Assembly: GCA_016934855.1 (NCBI GenBank) | Contig: JAFGSA010000003.1 | Span: forward strand, 1,654-65,653 | Length of the DNA: 64,000 nucleotides | Direction: 5' to 3' | Origin: Elusimicrobiota bacterium | Lineage (GTDB): Bacteria; CG03; SLGR01; JAFGSA01 | Part shown: piece after piece, positions 28,213 to 37,388 of the stretch | Layout of the letters: each line of letters begins with the position of its first letter | How positions within the stretch are numbered: the stretch's first letter is position 1 | Translations under genes and position numbers: made by a program | The notes under the pieces: generated by a model | What the model was told of the DNA's origin: nothing | Databases searched by the model: none | The model's input: the letters and a program-made list of their open reading frames with translations, nothing else

Positions 28213-28260
28213 ACCCGCTCCGGGTTTTCAGCACTGAAGATTCCGGAGCGGGTTTTTTTT
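28213..28260 (+). terminator. Intrinsic terminator
   Basis: ACCCGCTCCGG/CCGGAGCGGGT stem followed by a poly-T run. Confidence 0.9.
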
Positions 28261-28358
28261 GACTTATTCCCTTAAATATATTTTAATAATACATATTGAT
28301 ATCAATGTTTTATACATTACACTTTTCACATTACACAATTAAGACAGGAGGAAATAAT

Positions 28359-28856
28359 ATGGAAGACAAGGCAAAACAGATACTCGAGAGCGCGATACAG
28401 ATGGAAAAAGACGGCATAGAGTTCTACACCAAGGCTGCGATGAACGTCCAGAACCCCATGGGGAAAGAGATGTTCGAGTCGCTTGTGCAGGACGAGAAAA
28501 GGCACATAGAAAAGATCAACGCCGCAATAAACGGCATGGGCATAGGCGGCGTCGGAACCGATAACGCCAGGGAGCTCCACGGCAGGATAAAGACTATCTT
28601 TTCGGAAGCCGATGTTCCCTCTGACGCCCATTCAGAAGAGATAGACACCATCAGGACCGCTATAAGGATGGAAGAGGAAGGGATCAGGTTCTACACGGAA
28701 AAATGCCTCTCCCTGGGAGGCAAAGCCGCGGAACTATGCAGTTTCATCATAACCGAAGAGAAGAACCACCGCAATATACTGAACAATACCCTTCTCTACC
28801 TGGAAGACAACAAAGACTGGAACGTGGAAACGGAAGGCTGGAGCTTCGAAGGCTAA
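28359..28856 (+). CDS. Ferritin-like/rubrerythrin family protein
   Basis: AGGAGG RBS; AIQMEKDGIEFY..DEKRH and AIRMEEEGIRFY..EEKNH diiron motifs. Confidence 0.9.
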   Translation: MEDKAKQILESAIQMEKDGIEFYTKAAMNVQNPMGKEMFESLVQDEKRHIEKINAAINGMGIGGVGTDNARELHGRIKTIFSEADVPSDAHSEEIDTIRTAIRMEEEGIRFYTEKCLSLGGKAAELCSFIITEEKNHRNILNNTLLYLEDNKDWNVETEGWSFEG

Positions 28857-28865
28857 ATATAAATC

Positions 28866-28946
28866 CGTGAAAAGTTAAACGTGAATCGTGAAACGTAAGA
28901 AATAATGATGCCACGAGATACGCTTCACGAGATGCGAGATACGTAT
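28866..28946. repeat. Inverted pair of heptamer arrays between convergent genes
   Basis: aaacgtg-aatcgtg-aaacgta then cacgaga-tacgctt-cacgaga-tgcgaga; tcgtgaaacgta (28886-97) pairs with tacgcttcacga (28919-30) at 11/12. Confidence 0.7.
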
Positions 28947-28947
28947 A

Positions 28948-30043
28948 TTACGCGTTCTGTTCCAGGTAAGCCTCGATAAAGGCGTCTATCTCTCCGTCCA
29001 TCACGGCATTGATATTAGAGACTTTCACTCCCGTCCTGTGGTCCCGCGCCATCTGGTACGGCATGAAGACGTAGGAGCGTATCTGGTTGCCCCACCCTAT
29101 ATCGCCTTTCTCGTCATACCTTTTCTGAGCGGACGCCCTCTTCTTGTCTTCCTCATACTCGTAGAGCCTGGCCTTGAGCACCATCAGGGCCTTCTTCCTG
29201 TTCGAATGCTGCGAAGGCGAATCCTGGCACTGGACCACTATACCCGACGGCAGGTGAGTGAGCCTTACCGCCGAATCCGTCTTATTGACATGCTGGCCGC
29301 CGTGCCCCGAGGCCCTGTACGTGTCTATCTTCAGGTCGCTCTCTTTTACGGTAATATTTATGTCTTCTTCTATCTTGGGTATCACGTCGCAGGCGGCGAA
29401 AGAAGTGTGCCTCCTGGCCCCGGAATCGAACGGAGAGATCCTGACGAGTCTGTGTACCCCCACCTCCCCTTTCAGGTACCCGTAGGCGTAATTCCCTTCC
29501 ATAACCATCGTTATCCTCTTTATCCCCGCCTCGTCGCCCGGGAGGACATCCAGCACTTCGGTCCTGTAACTGTTCTTAGCAGCCCACATCCTGTACATCC
29601 TAACAAGCATCTCGACCCAGTCGCAGGCTTCCGTGCCGCCCGCTCCTGAGTTCAGAGTCATTATCGCACCGTTCTTATCTGTCCTGCCGGACAGCTTCAG
29701 CCTGAAGGATACCCTGTGTATCTTGTCTTTCAGCTTTTCAATGTTCCCTTTTATATCTTCTTCCAGGCTGGTGTCGTCCTCTTCTTCCGCAAGTTCTATC
29801 AGGATGTTGATATCGCTCAGGCGCTGTTCGAGGTTGTTATAAAGATGCAGGTCGGATTTGATCAGGTCGAAACTCTTCATCTCCTTCTTGGCGCGCTCGT
29901 TATCATTCCAGAAGCCGGGTTTCGTGCTCTCCTCTTCCAGCTTCTCGTATTCTTTTTCTTTCTTGTCTACGTCAAAGAAACCCCCTTATACTGTTAACCT
30001 TCTGACGCAGTTCCGCAGCTGTTTTCTTGTAATCTTCGAACAT
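28948..30043 (-). CDS. prfB: Peptide chain release factor 2 (programmed +1 frameshift)
   Basis: SPF and GGQ motifs. ORF1 MFEDYKKTAAELRQKVNSIRGFL ends at CTT-TGA-C; the +1 frame continues DVDKKEKEY..PGFWND. Confidence 0.96.
29971..29986 (-). promoter_or_regulatory. prfB +1 frameshift site
   Basis: AGGGGG-TTT-CTT-TGA-C: internal SD plus slippery CTTTGA. Confidence 0.95.
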
Positions 30044-31554
30044 TATTCTCCTCCGTTTCGAGATCCGGCCTTGACCGGTATCAGCAAGCTTCCCAATGTC
30101 GCTATCATCATGATAAACACCGGCAGATCGCCGTATTTCGAGTATAAAGTCCTCCGGCCCGTCCGGCCGGCCCTGGCATTTAATATATCATATTTCAGCA
30201 GTTCTGTCTTCTGCAGCACTTCTCCGGACGGCGAGATTACTGCCGATATACCGGTGTTACCGGCGCGTATCACGAACGACCTGTTCTCCACAGCCCGCAT
30301 AATGGAATGGATGAAATGCTGTTCCGGCGCCGCGGTATCCAGGTACCAACCGTCGTTAGTTATATTCACGAATATATCTGCGCCCTTCCTGAACAGGTCC
30401 CTCACAAGTCCGGGGAAGATGCCCTCGAAGCATATGCCCACCCCGATATTGTATTCTCCGGCTTTAAGTATGACGGCCTCTTCTCCCGGGCTGAAATCGC
30501 CCACCTCGTTCAGGACTCCGATGAACACGGAAAGGAGCCTCCTGAAAGGTATGAACTCCCCGAAAGGTATCAGGTGCCTTTTCCTGTAGGGCTGCATTAT
30601 CCCGCCCTGGGGGGTCACCAGGTACGCGCTGTTGTAATAAACGCCCCTCTCACGGGTCTCGATGCTTCCTATCACCTCGTAGGCTCCCGCTTCCGACACG
30701 AGGCTCCTCATATACCTTTCCATAACCGGGTCAGACGTTAATCCTGCCGGCAGCGCCGTCTCCGGCCAGATTATCAGGCCCGGCTCGAATCTCGCTGCCA
30801 ACCCGTGCAGGATACCGTAGGACTCCAGTATCTTCGCCCGGAACCTGGGGTCCCATTTCTGATACTGTGATATGTTTCCCTGCAGTACGCTGACTCTCAT
30901 GTCCGGGGCGGCCTCATTCCTGTCCATGGCTGCGAGGCCGTAAAAGTAAAGGAATACGAGCAGTACCGCCGGTATTACCAGATACCTCTTCATGCGGGCC
31001 CTGAAAAACAAGGCGACCGAAGTATTAACGAAGATAACAGCGAAGCTGATGCCGTATACTCCCGCTACGTCCGCAGTCTGGATAAAAGCAGGGATACCGG
31101 CCAGCGCGTAACCGGTAAAGAGCCAGGGGAACCCCGTAAGGATGAATGCTCTCAGGTATTCCAGCATGACCCAGGCGGAAGGCACCAGGAAAAGCATGTA
31201 ATTCCTGCCGCGCCGGACGATACAGGCCGTGAACAGCCCGAATACGCCCCAGTACAGTCCCAGGTAGGCGCATAAAAGGATATAACCTAGCGCCGATACT
31301 GGCGCGCCCGCCCCGTTCCAGATGAGTGTGTAGTATATCCAGTAAAGCACTATCATATTGGCCAGGATACCGGCCAGCCAGCTCTCAATAAAGGCTTTTT
31401 TCAGACCGCCGCGGGGGGTACCTGCGAGTTCCAGGATAAACGGCACGAATACGAACGGCGCCAGAAACCAGAAACCGAATTTGGGAAATAACAGCGGATA
31501 GGCGATTGCCGTGAATAAAATAAAAAGGGTATGCTTGTACTCAGTGATCTTCAT
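30043..31554 (-). CDS. lnt: Apolipoprotein N-acyltransferase
   Basis: TGFPW, LQGNI, IWPETA, YRKRHLIPFGEFIP, ICFEGIFP, NITNDGW, RAVEN, GNTGIS. Confidence 0.96.
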   Translation of the reverse strand: MKITEYKHTLFILFTAIAYPLLFPKFGFWFLAPFVFVPFILELAGTPRGGLKKAFIESWLAGILANMIVLYWIYYTLIWNGAGAPVSALGYILLCAYLGLYWGVFGLFTACIVRRGRNYMLFLVPSAWVMLEYLRAFILTGFPWLFTGYALAGIPAFIQTADVAGVYGISFAVIFVNTSVALFFRARMKRYLVIPAVLLVFLYFYGLAAMDRNEAAPDMRVSVLQGNISQYQKWDPRFRAKILESYGILHGLAARFEPGLIIWPETALPAGLTSDPVMERYMRSLVSEAGAYEVIGSIETRERGVYYNSAYLVTPQGGIMQPYRKRHLIPFGEFIPFRRLLSVFIGVLNEVGDFSPGEEAVILKAGEYNIGVGICFEGIFPGLVRDLFRKGADIFVNITNDGWYLDTAAPEQHFIHSIMRAVENRSFVIRAGNTGISAVISPSGEVLQKTELLKYDILNARAGRTGRRTLYSKYGDLPVFIMMIATLGSLLIPVKAGSRNGGE

Positions 31555-31590
31555 TGCGGTAAAGCCGGTCAGAGCTCTTTAACGGAAATC

Positions 31591-31652
31591 GGTGAAAAGC
31601 GAAGAGTGAAGCACAATATACTTTCGACTTTCAACCTTCCACTTTCCACTTT
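31591..31652. repeat. Inverted pair of heptamer arrays
   Basis: ggtgaaa-agcgaag-agtgaag then ctttcga-ctttcaa-ccttcca-ctttcca, between secA and lnt. Confidence 0.65.
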
Positions 31653-31653
31653 A

Positions 31654-34476
31654 TTATCTTCCGCAGCAGTGTTTGTATTTGCGTCCTGAACCGCACGGGC
31701 ACGGGTCGTTCCTTCCCGTTTTATCCGTCACTTTTCTCTGCTTGACTTTCAGCGGCTGCGCCGCGCCGCCTGCAGCCGCGGTCATCTCCTGTCCGCCGGC
31801 GCGCGGGAGCTCCGCCCTGGGCTTGATCTTTTCTCCCCTGTAGCCGGGAAGCTGTGACTTGAGTATCTCTCCCGAAGCCCTGAAAAGATATATTATAACC
31901 TCTTTTTTTATAGAGTCCATTAATGTGGCAAAAGCGAAGAACGACTCCCTTTTATACTCTATAAGAGGGTCCTTCTGCCCGTATGCCCTGTAGGATATCC
32001 CTTCTTTCAGATGATCGAGCTCGTAAAGATGGTCTTTCCACCTGGAATCTATTATCTGGAGAAGGATCATCCTCTCCATATTGGAGAACTCCGTTTCTCC
32101 CAGTTTTTTCTTCCTCTGCCCGTACGCGTCTTTTATGGAATCTTCCAGGTAGCTCCTGAGCCCCTCCCTCCCGGAATGATAGAACTCGCCGGGGTCTATC
32201 GCTATATTAAGGCCCAGGTAACTCATGAGCTGGCCGGAGAGCGCCTTAACATCCCATTCCTCCGAATGCTGTTTGAGAGGCACCAGTTCTTCAAGGGCTA
32301 TATCTACATAATCCTCGATGAAACCCAGTACTTCCTCTTCAACGTCTTCGCCCTTGAGTATGCGCGACCGGTGGGAATATATGGACCGGCGCTGTTTGTC
32401 CATCACATTGTCGTACTCGAGAAGCTGCTTGCGGATATCGAAGTTCATCGCTTCCACCCTTTTCTGGGCGTTTCCTATAGCCGTGTTTATCAGCGGGTGC
32501 TCAATCTTTTCACCCTCTTCCATCCCGCCGATCCTATCCATTATGCCCATGATCCTCTCGCCGCCGAAGAGGCGCATCAACTCGTCCTCCAGCGAAACGA
32601 AGAATTTCGACGATCCCGGGTCGCCCTGCCTGCCGGCCCGGCCCCTGAGCTGGTTGTCTATCCTTCGCGACTCGTGCCTTTCCGTGCCTATGACGTGCAG
32701 CCCCCCCACGCCGACGACATCCTCGTGCTCCCTGTCGGTCTCTTTCTTGAACGACTCGTACAGCCTGCTGAATTCCGCCTTGGCTTTTTCTTCTTCTTCT
32801 CCGGACGCCGGCGATTTTTCGGAAGCTTTCAGGATGAGCTCGTGATCCCACTCCCTGCGCTTCATCTCTTCCTTTGCCAGGTACTCCGGGTTGCCCCCGA
32901 GGACTATATCTGTCCCCCTTCCGGCCATGTTTGTCGATATGGTCACGGCGCTTTTTCGTCCCGCCTGGGCTATGATCTCCGCTTCTTTCAAGTGGTACTT
33001 CGCGTTAAGCACGCTGTGCTTCACTCCGCGCCTTTTCAGCAGCAAGGAGAGCCTCTCGCTCACTTCTATGGACCTGGTCCCGACAAGGACCGGGCTGCCT
33101 TTCTTGTTCAGCTGGATGATGGTATCTACCACAGCCGAGAACTTTTCCCTTTCGGTCCTGTATATGGCGTCGGGCATCTCCTGCCTTCTCAGATCCCTGT
33201 TGGTAGGTATCTCTACAACCGGGAGCTTGTATATCTTGAAGAATTCCGCCTGTTCTGTCAGAGCGGTGCCGGTCATACCCGCCAGTTTCTTGTAGAGGTT
33301 GAAGAAATTCTGGAAGGTTATGGTGGCCAGCGTCTGGTTCTCCCTTTTTATCTTTATATTCTCCTTGGCTTCCACCGCCTGATGCAGCCCGTCGGACCAT
33401 CTCCGGCCCGGCATGAGCCGCCCGGTGAACTCGTCGACGATTATCACCTGCCCGTCTTTTACCACGTAATCCACGTCTTTTTTAAAGAGGTAATGCGCCC
33501 TGAGCGCCTGGTTTATATGATGCACCCATTCGCCTGTGATATCGTCGAAGAGCTTGGAATCCAGCAGGGCTTCGCATTTTTTCATGCCCTCTTCCGTAAG
33601 ATGCACGTTCTTATGTTTCTCGTCTATTATCGCGTCGGAACCGCGTTCGATCTCGTCACGGTAATCTCCTTTTTTGCCCGATTCTTCGAATTTGTATTTT
33701 TCCTTGACCGCTTCTTCCTCGGTGATGAACTTTATCTTAAGAGCGGGTATTATCCTGTCCACCCTGAAATATTTATCCGAAGATTTTCCAGCGGGGCCGG
33801 ATATTATAAGGGGAGTCCTCGCTTCGTCTATGAGAACGCTGTCGACTTCGTCTATGATCGCGAATTCCAGGTCGCTCTGCACCCTGTGGGAAGGAGATAT
33901 CGCCATGTTGTCCCGGAGGTAATCGAACCCAAGCTCGTTGTTAGTTATGTAGACCACGTCGGCATCGTAGGCGGTTTTCCTCTCTTCCGGCATCATATCG
34001 CTCAGGATATACCCGACTTTCAGCCCCAGGGCCCTGTACGCCGGCCCCATCCACTCGGAATCGCGGCGCGCCAGGTAATCATTTACCGTGACTACATGGA
34101 CATGCGTCCCGGCGATGGACTGCAGGTATACCGGGAGTACCGCGACGAGCGTCTTCCCTTCGCCGGTGGTCATCTCCGCTATCTGCCCTTCGAAGAGCAC
34201 CGCCCCCCCCACCAGCTGCACGTCGAAATGCCTCAGCCCGATACTCCTGCGGCAGGCTTCCCTGACCACGGCGAAAGCTTCCGGCATAAGCTGGCTGAGA
34301 GTCTCTCCGTTCTTATGGCGATCCATGAACTCCCGCCTCTTGGCCGTCAGCTGTTCGTCAGACAGGGCTTTCATCGAGTCCTCAAGTTCGTTGACCCTGC
34401 TCACCAGCGGGCCGAGCTTCCTGACCGACCTGGCCGACGGGGTACCGAATATCTTGTTTATTATAAATCTCAGCAT
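31654..34476 (-). CDS. secA: Preprotein translocase ATPase SecA
   Basis: MTTGEGKT, IIDEVDSVLIDEARTPLIISG, TNMAGRGTDI, HESRRIDNQLRGRAGRQGDPG, GRNDPCPCGSG. Confidence 0.99.
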   Translation of the reverse strand: MLRFIINKIFGTPSARSVRKLGPLVSRVNELEDSMKALSDEQLTAKRREFMDRHKNGETLSQLMPEAFAVVREACRRSIGLRHFDVQLVGGAVLFEGQIAEMTTGEGKTLVAVLPVYLQSIAGTHVHVVTVNDYLARRDSEWMGPAYRALGLKVGYILSDMMPEERKTAYDADVVYITNNELGFDYLRDNMAISPSHRVQSDLEFAIIDEVDSVLIDEARTPLIISGPAGKSSDKYFRVDRIIPALKIKFITEEEAVKEKYKFEESGKKGDYRDEIERGSDAIIDEKHKNVHLTEEGMKKCEALLDSKLFDDITGEWVHHINQALRAHYLFKKDVDYVVKDGQVIIVDEFTGRLMPGRRWSDGLHQAVEAKENIKIKRENQTLATITFQNFFNLYKKLAGMTGTALTEQAEFFKIYKLPVVEIPTNRDLRRQEMPDAIYRTEREKFSAVVDTIIQLNKKGSPVLVGTRSIEVSERLSLLLKRRGVKHSVLNAKYHLKEAEIIAQAGRKSAVTISTNMAGRGTDIVLGGNPEYLAKEEMKRREWDHELILKASEKSPASGEEEEKAKAEFSRLYESFKKETDREHEDVVGVGGLHVIGTERHESRRIDNQLRGRAGRQGDPGSSKFFVSLEDELMRLFGGERIMGIMDRIGGMEEGEKIEHPLINTAIGNAQKRVEAMNFDIRKQLLEYDNVMDKQRRSIYSHRSRILKGEDVEEEVLGFIEDYVDIALEELVPLKQHSEEWDVKALSGQLMSYLGLNIAIDPGEFYHSGREGLRSYLEDSIKDAYGQRKKKLGETEFSNMERMILLQIIDSRWKDHLYELDHLKEGISYRAYGQKDPLIEYKRESFFAFATLMDSIKKEVIIYLFRASGEILKSQLPGYRGEKIKPRAELPRAGGQEMTAAAGGAAQPLKVKQRKVTDKTGRNDPCPCGSGRKYKHCCGR

Positions 34477-34549
34477 TTGTTTATTATTAAAAGAATATCA
34501 AATTTCACCGTCCGATTTCAAACTGCTTCCCCTCCTGGCGCGGCGCATG

Positions 34550-35803
34550 CTATCTGAATGCCTTCCTCCTCCTTCTTGTCAGGTGATACGAATGGGCGAA
34601 CCTGTGCGCTTCATCGTCCACTCTCTTGAGCAGGCCGTATACGCCTGAGCTTTTTTCAAGGCGCAGCACCCTGCCCTTGTGATATATCCTGCCGCTCTCC
34701 TTCGCGAGTGAGAGTACGTTTATGTTCCTCATATTGAACTTGGCTACGATATCCCTGGCGGCCTTTTCCTGAGCCCTGCCCCCGTCAACGAATATTATGT
34801 CGGGGAGCCTCTTCTTCTCGAGCACGAGCCTTTTCAGCCTCCTGTATATTACCTCTTCCAGCATCCTGATATCGTCAGCTGTTTCCGGCTGTTTTATCCT
34901 GAACTTCCTGTACATCTTCCTGTCGGGCCGGCCGTCGCGGAAACTGACCATGCTGCCCACCGCTTCACTCGAAGAAGTATGAGATATATCGAAACCTTCT
35001 ATAACCGAAGGCTTATAATCCAGGCCTAACTGCTCCTTGAGCATGTACAGCGGGTCAATGGCGCTGAGCGCGTCCATCTTCTTACGCGTAATATCCCTGA
35101 AATTCACGATCGGGAACAGGCTGTCCAGCTCGGATATCTGGTCCCTTATCCACGCAGCCTCTTCATACTTCTGCTCATTCTTGAAGGATATCATCCTGGC
35201 CCTGAGCTTTTCCTGAAGCCTTTTGTGCCGGCCCGACAGGAACATGAGTATATCTTCCACCATTTCCCTATATGCGCCTTTTGAGACTTTTCCCGTACAC
35301 GGGGCGAGACATTTCCCGATCTGGTGATTGAGGCACGGCCGCCTGCGGGGTTTAAGCACCCTGCATTTCCTCAAGGGGAATACCCGGTCTATTACGCGCT
35401 TTGCCGCGCGCACATCCGCAACGTTTGGAAAAGGTCCGAAATACCTGGAACCGGGCTTTTTCTTATCCCTTGTTATCGCCACGGCCGGGAACTCCTCTCC
35501 GAGCGAAACCTCTATATAAGGGAAGCTCTTGTCATCCTTGAGAAGTATGTTGTATCTCGGCTTAAAGCTCTTTATCAGCTGTTCTTCCAGCACCAGCGCT
35601 TCCTTCTCGTTTCTCGTGACGATGTAATCCACAGTGCGCGCGACCGATATCATGGCTATCTGTTTGGAATCCAGCCTGTCTTTTCCGAAATGCGACCTGA
35701 CTCTCTTCTTTATTGACAGTGCTTTCCCTACGTATATGACCTTTGTCGCACTATCCATAAAAAGATACACGCCGGGTCTGTCCGGAAGATTCTCCGTCTT
35801 CAT
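34550..35803 (-). CDS. uvrC: Excinuclease ABC subunit C, short form without the C-terminal HhH domain
   Basis: GIY-YIG (PGVYLF..YVGKA), Cys cluster, UVR motif, IEGFDISH, VDGG, DEAHRFA, then stop. Confidence 0.9.
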   Translation of the reverse strand: MKTENLPDRPGVYLFMDSATKVIYVGKALSIKKRVRSHFGKDRLDSKQIAMISVARTVDYIVTRNEKEALVLEEQLIKSFKPRYNILLKDDKSFPYIEVSLGEEFPAVAITRDKKKPGSRYFGPFPNVADVRAAKRVIDRVFPLRKCRVLKPRRRPCLNHQIGKCLAPCTGKVSKGAYREMVEDILMFLSGRHKRLQEKLRARMISFKNEQKYEEAAWIRDQISELDSLFPIVNFRDITRKKMDALSAIDPLYMLKEQLGLDYKPSVIEGFDISHTSSSEAVGSMVSFRDGRPDRKMYRKFRIKQPETADDIRMLEEVIYRRLKRLVLEKKRLPDIIFVDGGRAQEKAARDIVAKFNMRNINVLSLAKESGRIYHKGRVLRLEKSSGVYGLLKRVDDEAHRFAHSYHLTRRRRKAFR

Positions 35804-35804
35804 G

Positions 35805-37388
35805 CTACGGTCTTATCTTCTTGAGTTCTCCCAGTTCCCTTACGCGGAGTATATGCGATACGGCCATGTAGAGCGCCGCGCCCAGCACCACTACCAGGGG
35901 CACGCGCGCGTACTTGCTCCATCCGGCCGTCAACAGGGAAGAATAATAAAGGAAGAAACCCAGCGCCGCCGATGCTGCGGCGTGCTTGCCGAGCGAGCTC
36001 AGTATGCCGGTCGCTCCGATGGCGCCGTTACGCAGCCTGAACACTATCACCAGAAGTACGAAATTCACCGCCGATGACAGGGCTGTGGCCAGGGCCAGCC
36101 CCCCGACCGAAAAAGTCTCCCTGACGCCGGGCACTTTCACAACTATTATGTTAAGCGCTATATTCAGAACCATGGCTATGGACGCTGTTATCACCGGGGT
36201 CTTCGTATCCTGGAGAGAATAAAAAGCGCTGGCAGCTATCTTCACGCCGGCGTAGAACATGAGTCCCGAGGCGTAAAAGGACAGCACCCATGCCGCGCTG
36301 GCCGTATCGGACGGGAGGAAAAGCCCCCTCTCGAAAAGCAGTTCCATTATCGGCCTGCCGAAAACTATCAGAGATACCGTCGTCGGCATGATAAGGAAGG
36401 ATACTGCTCTCATCGAGAACGAGAAAGTATCCTTCAGCCTGCCCATCTCGTTCCTGGCGGCATTCTCGCTCATCATGGGCAGGGCCACCGTTGCTATGGC
36501 GGTGCCGAATAGCGCCAGCGGCAGCTGCATGAGCCTGTTGCCGTAATAAAGGTGAGTCACGCTTCCCGCTCCCAGCAGCGTAGCGCAGATCGTGTCTACG
36601 AAAGAGTTTATCTGCATTATAGACAGCCCCAGCACCGCCGGCAGCATGAGCCTGCCTATCTTCCTGAGCCCGGGATGCCCGAAATCGATGACAGGCATTA
36701 TATTCCTGACCTTCACTGCAGCGGGGACCATCTGGTACAGCAGCTGAAGCAGGCCGCCTACGACCACCCCTACAGCAAGACCGCTCACAGGGAGATCCAG
36801 GAAAGGGCAGACGAACAGGATGAACGCTATTTCCGATATGCTGAGCATCACGGGCGCCAATGCCGGCACCAGGAACATCCTCAGGGAATTCAGCACCCCC
36901 AGCATTATCGCCCCCAACCCTATCAGCATAAGGAACGGGAACATTATCCTGGTAAGATACACGGTAAGCGCGAACTTGGAGGGGTCCTGCGTGTACCCTA
37001 TAGCTATAAGTCTTACTATCAATGGGGCGAACAATATACCCAGGAACGTCAGGAGTACGAAGAGCACCCCGAAAGTCCCCAGGGTCACCCTCACCAGCCG
37101 CCGCGATTCATCTTCACCCCTGTTAGTCAGGTATTCCGTGTATACCGGTATGAACGAAGTAGAAAGAGAGCCCTCGCCCAGAAGCCTCCTGAGGAGATTG
37201 GGTATCCTGTAAGCGACGAAAAAAGCGTCCGCTGCCATCGTAGCGCCGAAAAGATTGGCTATCAGCATGTCCCTGACATACCCCAGTACCCTGGATACCA
37301 GCGTAGCCAGCGATACGGAAGAAGCCTTGCTGATCACATCATGATGGATCTCAGCCGGGTCTGTGCTGTTGTTTTTTTCTTCTATCAA
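35805..37388 (-). CDS. murJ: Lipid II flippase MurJ
   Basis: SRVLGYVRD, ADAFFVAYRIPNLLRRL..EG, RLMQLP, FERG. Confidence 0.96.
   Translation of the reverse strand: MIEEKNNSTDPAEIHHDVISKASSVSLATLVSRVLGYVRDMLIANLFGATMAADAFFVAYRIPNLLRRLLGEGSLSTSFIPVYTEYLTNRGEDESRRLVRVTLGTFGVLFVLLTFLGILFAPLIVRLIAIGYTQDPSKFALTVYLTRIMFPFLMLIGLGAIMLGVLNSLRMFLVPALAPVMLSISEIAFILFVCPFLDLPVSGLAVGVVVGGLLQLLYQMVPAAVKVRNIMPVIDFGHPGLRKIGRLMLPAVLGLSIMQINSFVDTICATLLGAGSVTHLYYGNRLMQLPLALFGTAIATVALPMMSENAARNEMGRLKDTFSFSMRAVSFLIMPTTVSLIVFGRPIMELLFERGLFLPSDTASAAWVLSFYASGLMFYAGVKIAASAFYSLQDTKTPVITASIAMVLNIALNIIVVKVPGVRETFSVGGLALATALSSAVNFVLLVIVFRLRNGAIGATGILSSLGKHAAASAALGFFLYYSSLLTAGWSKYARVPLVVVLGAALYMAVSHILRVRELGELKKIRP

Noticed and set aside
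32011..34557. 848-aa ORF on the + strand
   Set aside because: Antisense shadow of secA with no recognisable motifs. Similar shadows lie opposite metF, murJ and the 582-aa gene and are explained by codon bias.
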